A DNA stretch of 64,000 nucleotides, from contig CAWEEB010000038.1 in NCBI GenBank assembly GCA_963807855.1, forward strand, positions 76,158 to 140,157. The letters are read 5' to 3'. Of this stretch, positions 61,898 to 64,000 are shown one piece after another. Made by a program: the position numbers and the translations under genes. Under the pieces are notes generated by a model, which was not told the DNA's origin, did not search any database, and worked only from the letters and a program-made list of their open reading frames with translations. This DNA is from an uncultured Gammaproteobacteria bacterium (GTDB taxonomy: Bacteria > Pseudomonadota > Gammaproteobacteria > Thiotrichales > Thiotrichaceae). How positions within the stretch are numbered: the stretch's first letter is position 1; every line of letters starts with the position of its first letter.

Positions 61898-64000
61898 AAA
61901 TGACCGACATCACCAATACCATCGAAAAAAACAGTTTAATTGCCAATGAACTTGAAGAAATCGCAGTTGTCTTTTCTAAATTAGAGAAAAATAATCTGAT
62001 ACAAGCATTACAAACCATCGACAAAGGCTTAGGGCGCATTGATGATATTTCTCAAGAGCATAATGCAACTGCTTTAAGAGCCATCTCTCATTGGATGGAG
62101 TTGAATCTTGAACTAAGTAACGATACTCAACTTCAAGTAGTAACTCTACTTAAAGAAGACTGTTTTTCTGCGTGGATTGATATTCTAGCTTCAGTATTAC
62201 GTAACTATGATCCAGTGCTATTACCTCATTTATATCAAAGTTTAACGTCTCCTCATTGGCCCATAAAACCATCAGCCCCACTGCTTAAAAGTATTGCTAT
62301 ATGGATTGAAGAAACTACAGAAGCTCAGCAAAAAGATACTTCAGAAACAGAGCCATCCACACAAACAACGACAGAAGTAAATCCTTCAGAGGAAAACAAT
62401 CCTATAGAAAACGCTTCCAATAAACAGGTTTTAGAAAAAAGTTTATCTAATGACCAGGAAGATGAATTTAAACCAAAACATGTATTTGAAGAAATTGATC
62501 CTACAATTTTAACTAAGGATTATAACTATTGCACTGCGGCAATTCTTAAGGAATTAAAAGAACATCCTGATTTTAAAGTCTCCTTAATTGAAGTAGACAA
62601 GACAGGCCTGACTGATCCTGAAGACTATTTCAGCAACGACATTAATGACCATATCAATAACTCTAGCAATAACGATGACGCGTCTGATTTAGCATGTGAA
62701 AATAAGAATGATGTAGACGTTCTAAACGAGTATAAACAATCAGATTTTGCAATAGAAGTGGATGATATTGCAATGATACTTTCTGCAAGTAGTACTTCTT
62801 CGATAAAACCTTTAGAAGATATTAATACTTATCTAAAAGAATTATCACGTCTCACTCAACTTGCAGAAATTTCAAATTATGAGGGTGTTTCAAATGCTGC
62901 AGATTGGTGCCAAAGAAATGTAAAACTATTCAATGAAAATCAAAATGAGGCTATAGAACATTTTGTTAAAACAGGTGAATGTTGGTCATGGATAGAACTA
63001 CTTAATATCTGCGTGGAAGATTCAGAAGAAGTTGTTCATCTAAAATGTTTGACTAATGAGTTGAAACGAGAAGAATGGCTAGAACCCTTTGAAGATGAAG
63101 CCTTACAAAGGCTACTATTAGAATTAAAACTAAATTCTGATAACAATTTTGAAACAGATCCTAATCTAGAAATGGATGATTTTGAACCATTAGAACCACA
63201 CAATGATTTCAACATTCCTTTTATAGTAATACCCGAATTACTAGGTATTGATTTTGGATCAAGTGAGGTAATAACTAAAGTTTCAACTCAAGATAACTAC
63301 GTTAAAAGTACTTACGAAACATCAGGATTAGGAACCACCTGGAATGATGATAACCACCCCGAACTTCTCTCTGTTTACTTAGAAGAAACACCTGTGAAAA
63401 TCACTAAACTCGCCTCCTTATCTTTCAGCCATAAGTCACAATACGGCTAACAACGATGAAAAAAACTGCCGCTAGAATGGCATAAACTATAAAGGTTGGA
63501 AGTGCTGTGGTTGGTATCACTGTACTCTCTGAGTACGCACACAAGCTAGTAATGCTTCTTGATTTCTCTGTTGAGAACAAATTACCCGAAGATCTTGTAG
63601 TAATACTATCTGAATCAGCTAGTTGATTAGAGAATCTTTTAACAGCTGTTCAAAGCAAACAACAAGAGCTTCGAGAATTTTTAGGCATCTTTAATAAATT
63701 GTCTCATTATGTTAATCATCTAGAAGATTACCAGAAAGATAGTACGAACCAGGAAAACGATAACCAAGAGGAACTTGAGAAGATACCTACTTCATCTTTA
63801 CCCGATCTCATACAATCGCAAAAAGTATTAAGCGATTCATTAGAAAAGGAAATTTTTAGAGAGATGAAACATGACTTAAATGAAGAGCCAAACGATGCAA
63901 TACTGGAAAGTAAAAAGACATTGGTTGAAGAAAGTACGGATAAAATAAATGAGATAATTCCATCTTTCGCTAATACTCTAGAAGAAATAAACCTTCCAGA
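61894..64000 (+). pseudogene. Hpt-containing ChpA/CheA-like kinase N-terminus, disrupted, running off the window
   Basis: HPELLSVYLEETP Hpt start, then a frameshift; continuation ARMA*TIKVGSAVVGITVLSEYAHKL has in-frame stops. Confidence 0.6.

Noticed and set aside
1-64000. tRNA, rRNA, integrase or phage genes
   Set aside because: None recognised; intergenic gaps are short and show no cloverleaf or rRNA signatures by eye.

Overview
AT-rich (roughly 38-40% GC by eye) gammaproteobacterial chromosome segment. Gene content suggests a marine sulfur oxidizer, Thiotrichaceae-like (inference). Order: a large Ig/cadherin-like lipoprotein; HIT protein; trpDC-lgt-thyA; a two-gene catabolic islet bounded by a decayed duplicate of the thyA 3' end; aspA; aroQ-accBC-prmA-DUF3426-dusB-fis; hlyIII, acyltransferase, bioCH, plsY, SpoU, recG and a LysR regulator; a glycogen cluster (pgi-glgC-GH57-malQ-glgB-glgA-glgP-CBM48-glk, several genes frameshifted); an IS3 left-end remnant; oadGAB; ald; a reverse dsrABEFHCMKLJOP operon; a divergent TauD-like / small protein / orphan Cas6-like trio; and a decaying Pil-Chp-like chemosensory locus. 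Two signals stand out. First, a dispersed ~26-bp non-palindromic motif, CACCCCCC(T/C)ACTTTT-N6-TTTT, found 16 times. Fourteen copies lie on the same strand regardless of gene direction, three sit in coding sequence, and three extend into a ~100-bp element. Second, a Cas6-fold gene with no CRISPR array or other cas genes in the window, placed head-to-head with dsrA. All calls come from reading the sequence and translations by eye; no database searches were run.
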